From Phallusia mammillata (taxonomy: Eukaryota): a DNA stretch of 64,000 nucleotides. The position numbers and the translations under genes are program-made. Shown here in pieces: positions 12,789 to 24,300 of the stretch. The stretch lies in contig OZ281494.1 of the NCBI GenBank assembly GCA_965637545.1, forward strand, positions 17,174,001 through 17,238,000, in the 5' to 3' direction. How positions within the stretch are numbered: position 1 is the first letter of the stretch; the number at the start of each line of letters is the position of its first letter. The notes under the pieces are model-generated. The model was not told where the DNA came from. It was given only the letters and a program-made list of their open reading frames with translations, and did not search any database.

Positions 12789-15700
12789 CTATTCAAATTT
12801 GATTACGCCTCGCCCTTTCATCTTTCCTTGATCCATCAGTTTGTACGCATCGTTCACCTCCTCCAGGCGAAAGAATTTTATGGGCGGCGAAACAATCTAA
12901 ACACAATAGTTAAATGAAAAACACGGTTAAAAAATGTTTCGGTTTAAATCACGACATTCAAAAACATTACAGAGTGGCCTGTTTTGGCATTTTTACCAAT
13001 TAAAAATGTAAAAAAAAACATTCGCAATCTGTAGGTTTTCTTTAGACTGAAGTTATAGATTGCATTATAAATAATTGGATGTTAGCATGCATATATTCAT
13101 ATAGTTACATATTTTACTACGCCGCGTTGGTTTGATAGGCAGATATTACAAAAAACTGATTTGTTTTGAACTAAAATGAATGCTGCATTATACCTGGTGC
13201 TTAGACATCATTGCAAGTAGCTCTTCCAAGTGTTGACGCCTTCCAGTGTACACACCCCTTATCTGTTTTGAACCGAAAACTGTCTTCGGAAGAGAAAGCT
13301 TCGCCCCACCACCAAACAACCCAACCAAAGCCATTACTCCGTTCTAATAATTCCAAGAGAAACATTCGAGTTTTAATACATGTATAATACGGGGAGCAGA
13401 AACTGAGGCTACATACAGTCAATGATAATAACATTCAAGCAACAAGCGATAATTCAATCGATAGGATATTTTCAAGTACCTTGCATAAACAGTTAAACCC
13501 GCGCTCGAAAGTGACTGTGGTGTTGACGAAATCTATGATTCCGTTGAACCCGTCTTTTCTCAAACTTTTGCTTTTCGTTCTTTCGACTAACACGCTCTCT
13601 TTTTCGTCACGTGACCACAGAACAGTGTCGTCACAGCCGAGGTCTTTTGCCACCGACAATTGACCTTCCTTTTAAAACGAAAGGGCACAAACGCTTTAAG
13701 GTAATATTTATTGCAAATAGTTTAAGACATAAAGATGGCTGTCATGTTTTGCAATAATGAATCAATTTTACTACTGCAGCCACGTAAGAAAATAAGAAAC
13801 TTAAAAAAGTGAACAAAACAATGCTTGCAGCTGGCATTTTAGTACCACAGTAGAAAATGTTGGAAGTGTAGTATTTGATTTAGACTGAGTTTTTTTATTA
13901 AAGCCAATGTTAAGTTAATAACTAAACTTACCGAAACATCAGCCAAAATAATTTTCGTGGTTTTGGGAAAAGTAGCTCTGCAGATTTGAAGGCACCACAG
14001 ACCTAAGCCCCCAGCTCCAACAATCATCAAGCTGGCTTTTCCTACACGTAAGCAACATGTAAATGAAATTGTTATTTTCAAAGTCTATTTTAAAACTCTA
14101 AACGCTAAAGGCGTTTTATTTAGTGTACATATGTTAACTTTGGTATTCAGAAGAATATTTCTAAAACTCTGATAACACTAAGACTTAGAAATGTTACATG
14201 TGTTTCATGGTTATGTTACATTCAATGCATTGCGATGGGGGTCCATGCAAATAATTTCCGGTAACTGGAACAAGATTTTACTTGTTCTTTCAAACCACAA
14301 GGTACTACACTGACCCTCAAATTCCGTCGCACTCTCTATCTCTTGTTTGGCTGCAGTCATTGCGTTGTAAGCCGTGATCCCTGAGCAAGCAAGCAAACAC
14401 GCAATTTCCATCGGAACTGATTCCGAGACTTTTAATGCATACTTTGAGTGTGGAAGAAGCACAAAAGTGGAGTATCTGTGTAGTAAACGTTTTTTTCTTA
14501 ACTAACAGTGATTGTAATAGGCTTTTTCTAGTAACTATTAAATGTGTGATAGACTTATAAATGTACCCATTTTGGCCACCCAGCACCTGCGGCAAATCTT
14601 TTTCGCGTAATTGTATTTCGGCTGATCTTTGGTTTGATTTGACAAGTATCAGTTAAGTGTTGGTAATTTTTTCTTTGTAATAATTCTAAAACAATATGAA
14701 AACAAAACCACAACGCAAAGTAACACAACGTTGTGAAGTCGCCTCAAATTTACATGAAATATTATAGAATACCTTTAAATATAATTTGATACCAAATCTA
14801 CGGCTGAATGTGATTAATTTGTGGTTTAAGTAATTTATCATGCGGTTTTACACAAGTTTGCACCAAAAAAGTTGTAATTTTGATTTTGAAAGGCGCGTTA
14901 AATTTCATAGGACGCGCGTTGAGCAAACACATGACGTCCATGAAAATCTTATCAATAGTCAACAATACAAGTCTTGATTTACGTTCTTGCTATTTTGCAA
15001 CGTTGTCAAACAACGGCAAGCGAAAGGAAGCTCAGACCGCAAGTTTGTGTTTGTGGCAAATATTTGTCTCATGTTCCTTGTGTTCCGGTGTCTGGGACAA
15101 ACTTCGACTGGCGCCCACTTTGGTTGAGTTGTGGCAATCTACAGTGATATAGGGTAGGCGTGGCGATCACGTGACCCAACTATACGTGAACTGCTATAAG
15201 CGGGCGAGCGTTACACACAGAGTCAGTAGAATATCCCGAAAAGCTTCTTTTTGACAAAACTATAATAAAGTAAAGCGGGCGGGAATAGGCTAAACTTTTT
15301 CCTCTTAAATGTACACTTTAAATATACTTCTCAAAACTTACGGACTGCGGACTTAAAAAAGGCAGTTTCAGAAGATTAATTTATCCTAATAATGTGTAGT
15401 TTTTGCACACTGACCCTCCGTAATGGTCATATCCGATGTTGGATCGAACGTCGCACATGTTAGGACAACCCTTCAAGCAGTAGCCGCACTTCTTGCATCC
15501 CATCCAAGGATAAACCACCACGCGGTCTCCGACCTTCAAAACGCCCTCTGCCAACCATAATCACTAAGTGTTTAGTCAACATCATTGTGGAACAATAGAG
15601 GCACTGAACGTGTATTATGAAAGCGACACGACAAAATTGGCACAGTTTGAACAAAACTCTTTTCACGTATAACTGACATTCCCATCTTACTGGAGAAACC

Positions 15701-16431
15701 CATTTTGTCCCTTTGAACATGTGAAGCACGTCACAACGGTTTCTATATGACAAGGTTTAAGTCATGGCCACGTTGTGTTTGCAAACACTCTACATCGCGT
15801 TTGCAAAATCGTACACTCGCACGAAAATTTGTTATATGTTTGAAAAATACCCAAAATAATCGCAAACACGTCGTACCACCTGTTGCAGGCAGTATTGGTT
15901 TTGCTGCGGTTGCATGACCCTGTTTGCCACTGACGTCTCACCTTTTGCCACGTTTTCACCCATTGCATAGACGTGGCCAGCAACCTCATGGCCAGGAACG
16001 GCCTTGTAATTTGGGTTTGTTGAAACACGAAATATCTCCCCGCCCAAGTCGATTCTGTCCTTCCAGTGGTTCATATCAGAGTGACACATTCCACTATACG
16101 CTGACTGGAATTACATCAGACAAACATTTTTCCAAAATTTAGTTGGCCCTTTCATTTGCACTTTTCAAAGTGTTCTTGGCGAATTATAGTGAAATAATGC
16201 TATTAATATATATTTTTGTGATAAATGCATACAATGAGTATCTAATTTTAGTGTTTACTGGTGTCTTTTTGCATTTGAGCCAAAAGTTTGCACGAAAAAT
16301 TGATATTTATTGCAGATGACCTTATTTTAAAATTTTACCTTTACGACAAGGCCATCCGCTGGTGGAACAGGAATGTCCAATTCTTCAAATTCGAACGGTT
16401 CGTTATGCTTTACAATCTTTGCCCTCTTCAT
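12789..16431 (-). CDS. Zinc-dependent alcohol dehydrogenase C, 8 exons, 368 aa
   Basis: Exons 16431-16339, 16104-15942, 15547-15415, 14475-14315, 14041-13932, 13668-13480, 13343-13194, 12896-12789 join in frame (1107 nt). Motifs: GMCHSD, DLGG, GHE, CKKCGYCLKGCPNMC, LACSG, GAGGLG, ILADVS. Confidence 0.93.
15168..15227 (+). promoter_or_regulatory. Candidate E-box + TATA + Inr core promoter, antisense within ADH-C intron 3
   Basis: CACGTG 15168-15173, TATAAG 15195-15200, TCAGT Inr with its A at 15225 (TATA at -30). Confidence 0.35.
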
Positions 16432-16976
16432 TTTTCTTGATTATTTCAACTTGTCCGTCGCTGCTGTCAAGAAATCTAACGTAGCTACCTTTCCAAACCA
16501 GTTTTCGTGTGTTATCGACGGGATTAGAAACGTTTTACGTCACTTCTGCAAACATGTATTGCGGAAAAAGTCCTGATCACAGTGTTTGCCAAGACATAGC
16601 AGTGCGACAGGCTCGTGTGTGTGCCCAAACTGTTAACTGACGATAAAGTTAACGTTTTTAAATTAGAGCATGGTGTGATCTAAATTCGTAAGTTGGAAAA
16701 ATTCAGTCCTTTTTTATCTTATATATCTATAGGTACACAATAACAGATTGCCGTCAACACTATCTGAATATTATTCGCAAAGGCTGTTTACCCGGAAAAA
16801 TGTTGCATCCCCTATAAAAACCAACAATGTACAGTAACAACAAACAAAAAACTACTTTCTCGTTTATGTGCCATTCGATTTATAGTTTAAATTTTGCACC
16901 ATTCTTTCTCGGAGTTCCTTTATCTATAAACGCAGGGTCGGGTCATTCATTTTCTACGGGTAAGTATAGGTTGTAG

Positions 16977-17053
16977 CATAGGCGCCGAGTAGGCGGTGGC
17001 GGGGTGGCGCCGCCACCTTGGGTTTGTAAAGCACGGTGGCGGCCACCGTGGAA
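16977..17053. repeat. GC-rich self-complementary fragment, probable transposon remnant
   Basis: GGCGGTGGCGGGGTGGCGCCGCCACC and CACGGTGGCGGCCACCGTG are local palindromes in AT-rich DNA; no TSD found. Confidence 0.35.
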
Positions 17054-17171
17054 ATTTTGGATAGTTTTTAGCGGTATGGTACGAAATATCGTAAAATCTG
17101 AAGAATATTAGCAACCATTTTGCTTTCAACCAAACGTGCTGGCGATACAGGCACAAAACGTGGCTTAAAAC

Positions 17172-17638
17172 TAGAGATGTACCGAATATTCAGTTTGCCG
17201 AATTTATTCGGCCGAATCGGCCCATTTTGCAAATGGCCATAATTTGTTGCGATACGGACGAAACCGAATCTTTTACGAACACACATTTAAAGCGTTACAC
17301 GTGTCTTTTCTGCTTGGTACCAACGAAAATCGCGCCAATCATTATATTTTTAACACATTATCGTTTTTCCCACTGCAGACAACCAACCAGTAATTCATTA
17401 TCGGGTTGGCAATCATGCTTGGGGCAATGTTAAACCCTACAGAACTAAAATAGGGACGAAACACAACCATTGTGCACTAATTGCCTGGTAGATAAACATA
17501 TATTTTCATGATAAACGCGTAGCGTACGACTTCGCGTGACGTCATAAATGATTCGGTTGATTCGGCCGAATTTATTCGGCAAAACCCGAATATTCGGTTT
17601 CGGCCGAATCGAAATTTCGCCGATTCGGTACATCACTA
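17172..17638. mobile_element. hAT MITE (TAGAGATG family), copy 2
   Basis: Same TIRs and body as 7407-7888; 8-bp TSD CTTAAAAC at 17164-17171 and 17639-17646. Confidence 0.92.
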
Positions 17639-18205
17639 CTTAAAACTGCAACTTGTTGTGGTTAGTGCCTTGTTTATGAAGTCAAACACACCATTGTCTG
17701 CCAGTTAATGTTCGGCCATTGTTGTGTAAAATGCAAATGTGTTGTAATAAATGGTTATCTAAGCCTAAGGTGATATAAAGCAGCAACAACTTGACGAACA
17801 TCTTTTAAACGTTGCTACACCAATGATAAACGCTACAGCAACGTGTTGAAACTGCCAGCTAAATATTATTTCAAACATATCGTGTTTTTCTGAATTTGAA
17901 GAACGTTGCATTCTATGGAAAGTTTGTTGGGGTTTGAGTTCTTGTGGTTGTACGCATTAGTGACGTCACACGAAGTGACGTCATATTTTACGTCCGCCAC
18001 CTTGCATTTTTGTAAAACTCGGCGCCTATGGGTTGTAGCAAAAAACAACCATTTCTGATGACTGTAAATATACTCTGGGAAAGACAGCAGTGTGTACAGT
18101 TGAAAATGTTATGCAAAATATTTTTCAAATCCCAAATTTCTTAACTGTTTGATACAACATAGCCTCTTTGAGCAAAACAGTTGGCTTTTGTTTGATGGTT
18201 TATTG

Positions 18206-18623
18206 CAGTGGTTCCCAAACTTTTTCATATTTTTTTCAAAACGGTCCCTTTGCCATTCGCGGTCCTTAAACCTAAATGTGTATTACATAAAGACGAAAGT
18301 TGATTCACTTGATTGCATGATTTTAGCTAGTTATGCAAAATTGCGCATAACAATCATCGAAAGACAGCATGTGACATCACAAACAGGACAAAAAACATTA
18401 CGATTGTGCGCGAACAATTGCATTTTTGATAGTTGTCATTTATTAAAGGCCATTGTTTAGCAATGGAGACAGTCGATTCTCAATTCTACTTTGATTTAAA
18501 CTTATTTAGTGGCACAAACTGACGCCAAATAAGATTATAGAATTACTTCAACCGCTTCGCGGTCCCCCAAAAATTGCCTCACGGACCCCTAAAGGACCGC
18601 GGACCCCAGTTTGGGAACCGCTG
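18206..18623. mobile_element. Non-autonomous hAT (Charlie-like) MITE, 418 bp
   Basis: TIR CAGTGGTTCCCAAACT / AGTTTGGGAACCGCTG; 8-bp TSD GTTTATTG at 18198-18205 and 18624-18631. Confidence 0.9.
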
Positions 18624-19434
18624 GTTTATTGGAACATATAGTTTATTCCAAGATGAAGGGTCGAAAACAAAGAAATCGTTATTAAAGAAAGCTGTTACGA
18701 AAAAAAAATATAGTTAAAAGGAACAAAAAATGTACCAACACAGTTTATTGATATTTTTGAATGTAATTTTTGCTGTATAGTCTAAGTAATTCCGGAAATA
18801 CTTTAATTTCCTAAATGCATAACCCCCCAAAAACACAAACAAACTGGCGAGCACTCATTGTATTACAAATTTCATCACTACTCAAAAATTAACGCCTTAG
18901 ACACATAATATAACACAGACTATTTAAATGCAAACTATTTAAGGAATATAAAGGTTTTTGGCAGGTTTGCATTTGATCCAGCTGCTTGTAAAGTTCATAT
19001 CTGTGGTAATAATATATTCCCATAAATATAAGTATTTTGACATGGAGTGAGGTTTACTTTAGCATGTGTTCTTGAAAGTCCAGTGCAATGAGTTGAGAAA
19101 GGGCGTAAATGTTGCGAGATAGATAAGGAGGAAGAATCCCCTCAATTGCTTAATATTAATTGTAAAGTGTAGCATGACAGCACAAAGCTTTGTCCAGTCA
19201 AGATACATAATTTTTGAGATTGTCGTGGTACAAGATGCGGCTATAAGGTTTAGTCTCTATCGCCATTTTTAAGAACAAAATAACGTAAATACAATATCGA
19301 ATGCTAAAAATGTAGTAAGCCACTAATTATCATAACTTTTGTTACAAATTTGGGTTGTGACCTTGCTAATGTAGTTTCATAGAATGTCAAACTTAATACT
19401 TGCACATTGTGAAAGAATGTGTATAGGTTATAAC

Positions 19435-20157
19435 TAGGGCAAATATTTTTTGACTTGTCAAAAAAAGTCAAAATTTTGTCAAAATTTTTAGAATAGGTCA
19501 AAAATTGTCAAAATTGTTTACAAAGTCAAAATTGTTTACAAAGTTAAAATTGTTTACAAACTGCATTGTCGTGGTGTTGTAGAGGTTGCACTACCAGTGA
19601 AATATTCATTTTACACCTTGTAGCTTACTTTATACTGTTGTAATTGGCTCATTGCCCCAATTATTGCGAATCATAAACCATCAAGTGAGTAAAACAATTA
19701 GGTTGATATGGCGTGATGCTCAACACACCTCAAAACGTGCAAAATTTTGGTAGGTCCTAAGTCATTTTACTCCAGCTGCAGGTTAGGTGCAGCTCTTGCT
19801 TCGGTTTTGCTTTAGATACTTCATGTATCTTTCGTTTATACAAATGTATTGAATAATTTTCGTTGTGTCTTAGCTGTAGTTGGCAGTGATTTTTAATTAA
19901 CTCATTCCCTTTTCAGAATAGGTTAGGTCTATGTTCAGATTTTTGCCCTTCTCTTAGACTTTTGAACATTCTTTCGCTCTAGTTAAATTAGCCCAGCCAT
20001 ATTTTAACTTTTTGAACGATAATGCGTAATTTAACTACTTGAATTCTTCATAGGTCAAAATTTTGTCAAAAAAAAGTTTTTTAAGGTCAAAATTTGTCAA
20101 AATTTTCTATTTGTAGGTCAAAATTTTTCGTTTTTAGGTCAAAAAATAATTACCCTA
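19435..20157. mobile_element. Non-autonomous hAT element (TAGGG ends), 723 bp
   Basis: Ends TAGGGCAAATATTTTTTGAC / GTCAAAAAATAATTACCCTA; many GTCAAAATT subterminal repeats; palindromic 8-bp TSD GTTATAAC at 19427-19434 and 20158-20165. Confidence 0.85.
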
Positions 20158-21365
20158 GTTATAACCGTGAAAATATTGACAAAACTTGAACGTTCGAGTT
20201 GGTTTAACTATAAATTAGATTGGCCCCACAACTAGCAATTCTTTAGCCTAGTTGAAAAACGATTTGTTGAATGTTGAATTGTTGAAAATCTCATATAATT
20301 TAATTATGAACTGAAAAGGACGTGGTTAGTTCGAACCTTATGGTTGAAGGTTACCCTTGAACTCTGATCAAGTCAATGTATTTTAGCATAAAAAGCAATG
20401 CTTGTGCAATAAACTCTTTTTACAAAATCTTGTTCAGAAAATCTATAGAATGTTACATAATTTCCTGTGGTTAAAGTTTGTTTTGCTGCAGATTAAACTG
20501 AGTGACTAAATTTTTTACATTTTTGAAGACATGGAGAAAAGCATTTAGTTCCAAAATTGATTAAAATACAAATAAATTGGAAGAAAGTATGACCAGCCTT
20601 GTTGTTGATTTATTGTGAAATAAGACTACGTTGTCTCTTGACTTTTGTAGAGTCAGTATCTTTAAGTGGTTGTCTTGTAGGTTTCTGTGCACCGCTAGCT
20701 TGCTAACCCTTCAAGACAAAACAGTTTCCACAAACATACTTTTTAGCTTCCTGGAAAAATCCGTGTTTGGCACGTAAGTCCTTACACGGAGATTAGAAAA
20801 ACACATCATGGATCAGCATTTTTAGAATAGTTATATCTTGTCTCGACGTTTTATATCACGTTTAAATAATGGCGTGATATCGCACGTGAAAACTGCATGA
20901 AACCCCTGCACGAATTGTGCCCATTGTGTCACGTAGGTTTTATAGGATACGAGAAGAAAAAATGAGTCCAAATGTGAAAATTCGGGTCAGGCATTGCTGA
21001 TGAAAATTACACTCATTATTTGTAGTACACCTGCTTATTACTGTGTATTGCAAAACTTGGTGCTTTTGCGTGGAAACGTTTGCAGACAGCAGATCTATAG
21101 ACTCTATATAGAGTTGATTCGAGTCGAGATACATGAACTGTTTGCTTCAACAAACTTAGCATAATTACCTCAACTTTAGTGTAGTGCGATAAACTTGTAG
21201 AGCTTTGTCTACAATCTTATGTCGCGACGTTTTATGTACTCATGTAATATACTAAAATACTATTTTTTTTTAGCCAAAAGTTATTGTTTGATTGCAAAAA
21301 TTTAAATGTAAATTTTGTTTTCTGTTAAATTTAGAATAAGGTTGTTGTGTGGATCCATCTTAAAC

Positions 21366-24300
21366 ATGTACCGAGCTCAATTAGTAAAACCCAATGAGCC
21401 TTTGGTTTTCAGTGAAACAGCAATACCCGATGCTCCGGATGGGGGAATCGTTGTGAAAGTATGTCAAAACAAAAACAGCGATTATCAAACAAGCTACATG
21501 CACAATTTATGTCCCCAAAACAACGTAAAAAAGAAATATCTCTATAAAGTAAAGTGGAATTCGAAAACGTACTTTTTACTTTACATTTGTTAATTTAAAC
21601 ACGCTGCAAGATTCGAAACATACTTGCTCGGATTTAAAACCAATAAATTCCATACAATCTGCTACCATAAGTGTAGTTGTGAAAAAAGTTAGGATTTCTT
21701 TTCGAAACCAACTATAGTTTAAAGAAATAGTTTTACCAACATACTACAAAGTTTTTTCTCAGACAAAGTTTACTGGAATTTGCGCATCCGATATAATGAT
21801 GTGGGGTGATGTTGTGTCACTTGGCGAAGGGGTTTCAATTAATCTATCCGATTTCTTTTACAAATTTCCGATAACTTTTGGTCACGAAATTGCCGGCATC
21901 GTCTATTCCATTGGAAAAAAACAACCAGCAGGTATTTTTAAAGAATTTTATTTTCAAACTGTTTTGCGACCACCCTGTCCTTATGTGTTTACTTTTAGGA
22001 TCTGACTTTAATGTGGCCGACAAAGGTTTAACCAATATGTTACAATGTTTTTTCTTAGACAAAGTTTACTGAAATTTGCGCGTCCGAATTTTATTTTCAA
22101 GCATTTTTAGCAACTACCCTGTCCTCGTGTGATTACTTTCAGGATCTGCTCTTAACCTGGGAGACCCTGTGGTTGTATACTCCTGCAGGGGCTGCAACAC
22201 CTGTGGATATTGTGCCCAGTATGCACCAAATAAATGCGCCAAAAGACTAGGAGGAAATTACGGAATAGGTACACCAGGAGGGTAGGTGTTTGTCAGAAAT
22301 TGTGCTTTTTTAAAAGTAATGCACACAAAAGATATGAATATAATTTTGAACCTATATTTTTTGCAACTTGTAGCTACGCCACGTTCGTCAGCGTGTTTAA
22401 TGCTCAAGATGTACTGAAGTTACCTGATGTTGTTCCACTTGAAGTCGGATGTATGTTGGGCTGTGCGGGTTTGACCAGTTATGGCGCATTAGATTCGATC
22501 AAGCCACTTTTGGAAAATATTGTTAAACTTGAAGGTAAAATGATCATTTGTTCTTTGACGCAAAATTGTCATGGAGAGTACATTCCCATTTAAAAACGGA
22601 CATGTGCTCTTCAAGGCTTCACATCAGTCATTGAAATCATACTAAATTTATCGTAAAAGAATACAAAAATGGCCCAATTGGGCTTAAGCCGTTTAATTGT
22701 TTGTTTTATTGTATAATCGGTGGCCGGACAACGGATAATTAGGTTTTGGTTTAAAGTAAACGGGTTGTTCTCACAATGCCCGTCTTCAAACTGCCTGAAT
22801 TTATGCAAATTGGTAAAAAAAAGATTGATTGTTTTCCGACTTGGAGTTGGTGGCTTTAACACAGTTCAGCTCATAGTTACACTGGGTTAAAGCAATGTCA
22901 CCAATGTTTCTTACTTACGAAAACGCAAGTGTTCAGGATTAGAATAAAACCGTAGCCGTTGCGCCAAACACTCAGTCATCTTTTTGTAGCGTTTATATGC
23001 TGCTAAATCGGTTGACACTTTTAGGTAGAGTACTTTATTTGCAAAACCTATTGTATCAGATTGCCAGTGGCAAAATGTGTCTTTATGAAGCGTTTTCAAC
23101 CCGAACTTTAATTGAAAGGAGAAACCAGTTTACTGATTACGTCAACTGGCGGACTAAGCGCCTGGTGCTACCAAATTGCAAGAGCTTTTTTACCGAAAAA
23201 GACTAAGATTGTCATCAGCAGTACATCCGTAAGTTATACTATTTCTCTTACCTTTGTTCAAGTGGTTTATAACTTTTTTAGTCAAACAACTTTTTCATAA
23301 ATTTATCAGGTTTGTGCTAACCCATAGACAAATACCTCTTTTAAAACCTTAATTTATGTCGGCAAACCCCAGGTTAGGAACCACTGCTTTAGCCCCTTAC
23401 ATAGGCTGTGGTAGTTACAGTAAATTATTGACTAGTGCACACAGTATTTACAAAACGCCTTTCAACAAACTTGGTTTACTACAGGAAGGACGACTTGAGC
23501 GGTTTTGCAAAATTCATCGTTGCGATGACAAGGTGCTTTGGAAAGATGGCGCAAGTGTTGCAGATTTGGTTGCTCTAACCAAGGAAAAAGGTTTGAACGG
23601 AGGTTTCGATGCAGTGTTGGATATGGTCGGTACACCTCAAAGCACCAACATCGCTTACCAGAGCCTTCGACCGGTAAACAAATAAACACATTTATATTGA
23701 TCAGTTTGCTTCATGGCGTCTTTTGCCCCTTATCCCTTTGGCGATGTTTCGTATCGCCTTACCTTCTTAAAGCAAAGTTACAAAAGGAAATAATAAACAT
23801 GTTTTGTGCCGCTTGTTTACCAATGACAGTTAAGTGCATATAAGAGATATACCTGATTTCAATATTAATAAAATTGTTTGGCTTCTTATTTACAGGTTTC
23901 CGTGTAATTAACCTATCAGGCGCCACTGCTTTTTAGCCTAATTTTTTAAATAAGCTCATATCAATGCAAGATATTTTTGTCATGCTCTACGGCTGTGTTT
24001 ATGTGAATCAGAACACATACGATATATTTAGAATGGAACGATGGTGATGGTTGGACTTCGAGGTGGAACCGGAAGTTATCCAGCGCCTGACATATCAATG
24101 TGGTCAAAAGAAATCAAAGGGAGTTTGATGGGATCTCGTGAACAGCTGAAGAAATTGATCACGCTAGTTGCTGAGAACAAGGTCAGAATTGACTGTAATT
24201 AAAATAGTTCTGCTTAAAATAATATTCCACAGTGGGCATTTATGTAAGGTGGTAGTTATTTTGTTAAAGTAAATCTGACAAGAAATAGTCCAAAAAAATC

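Noticed and set aside
18900-19426. Faint LINE ORF2 C-terminal resemblance on the minus strand (also about 27090-27230)
   Set aside because: Multiple stops and frameshifts and only a loose pattern match; needs an HMM or RepeatMasker search.
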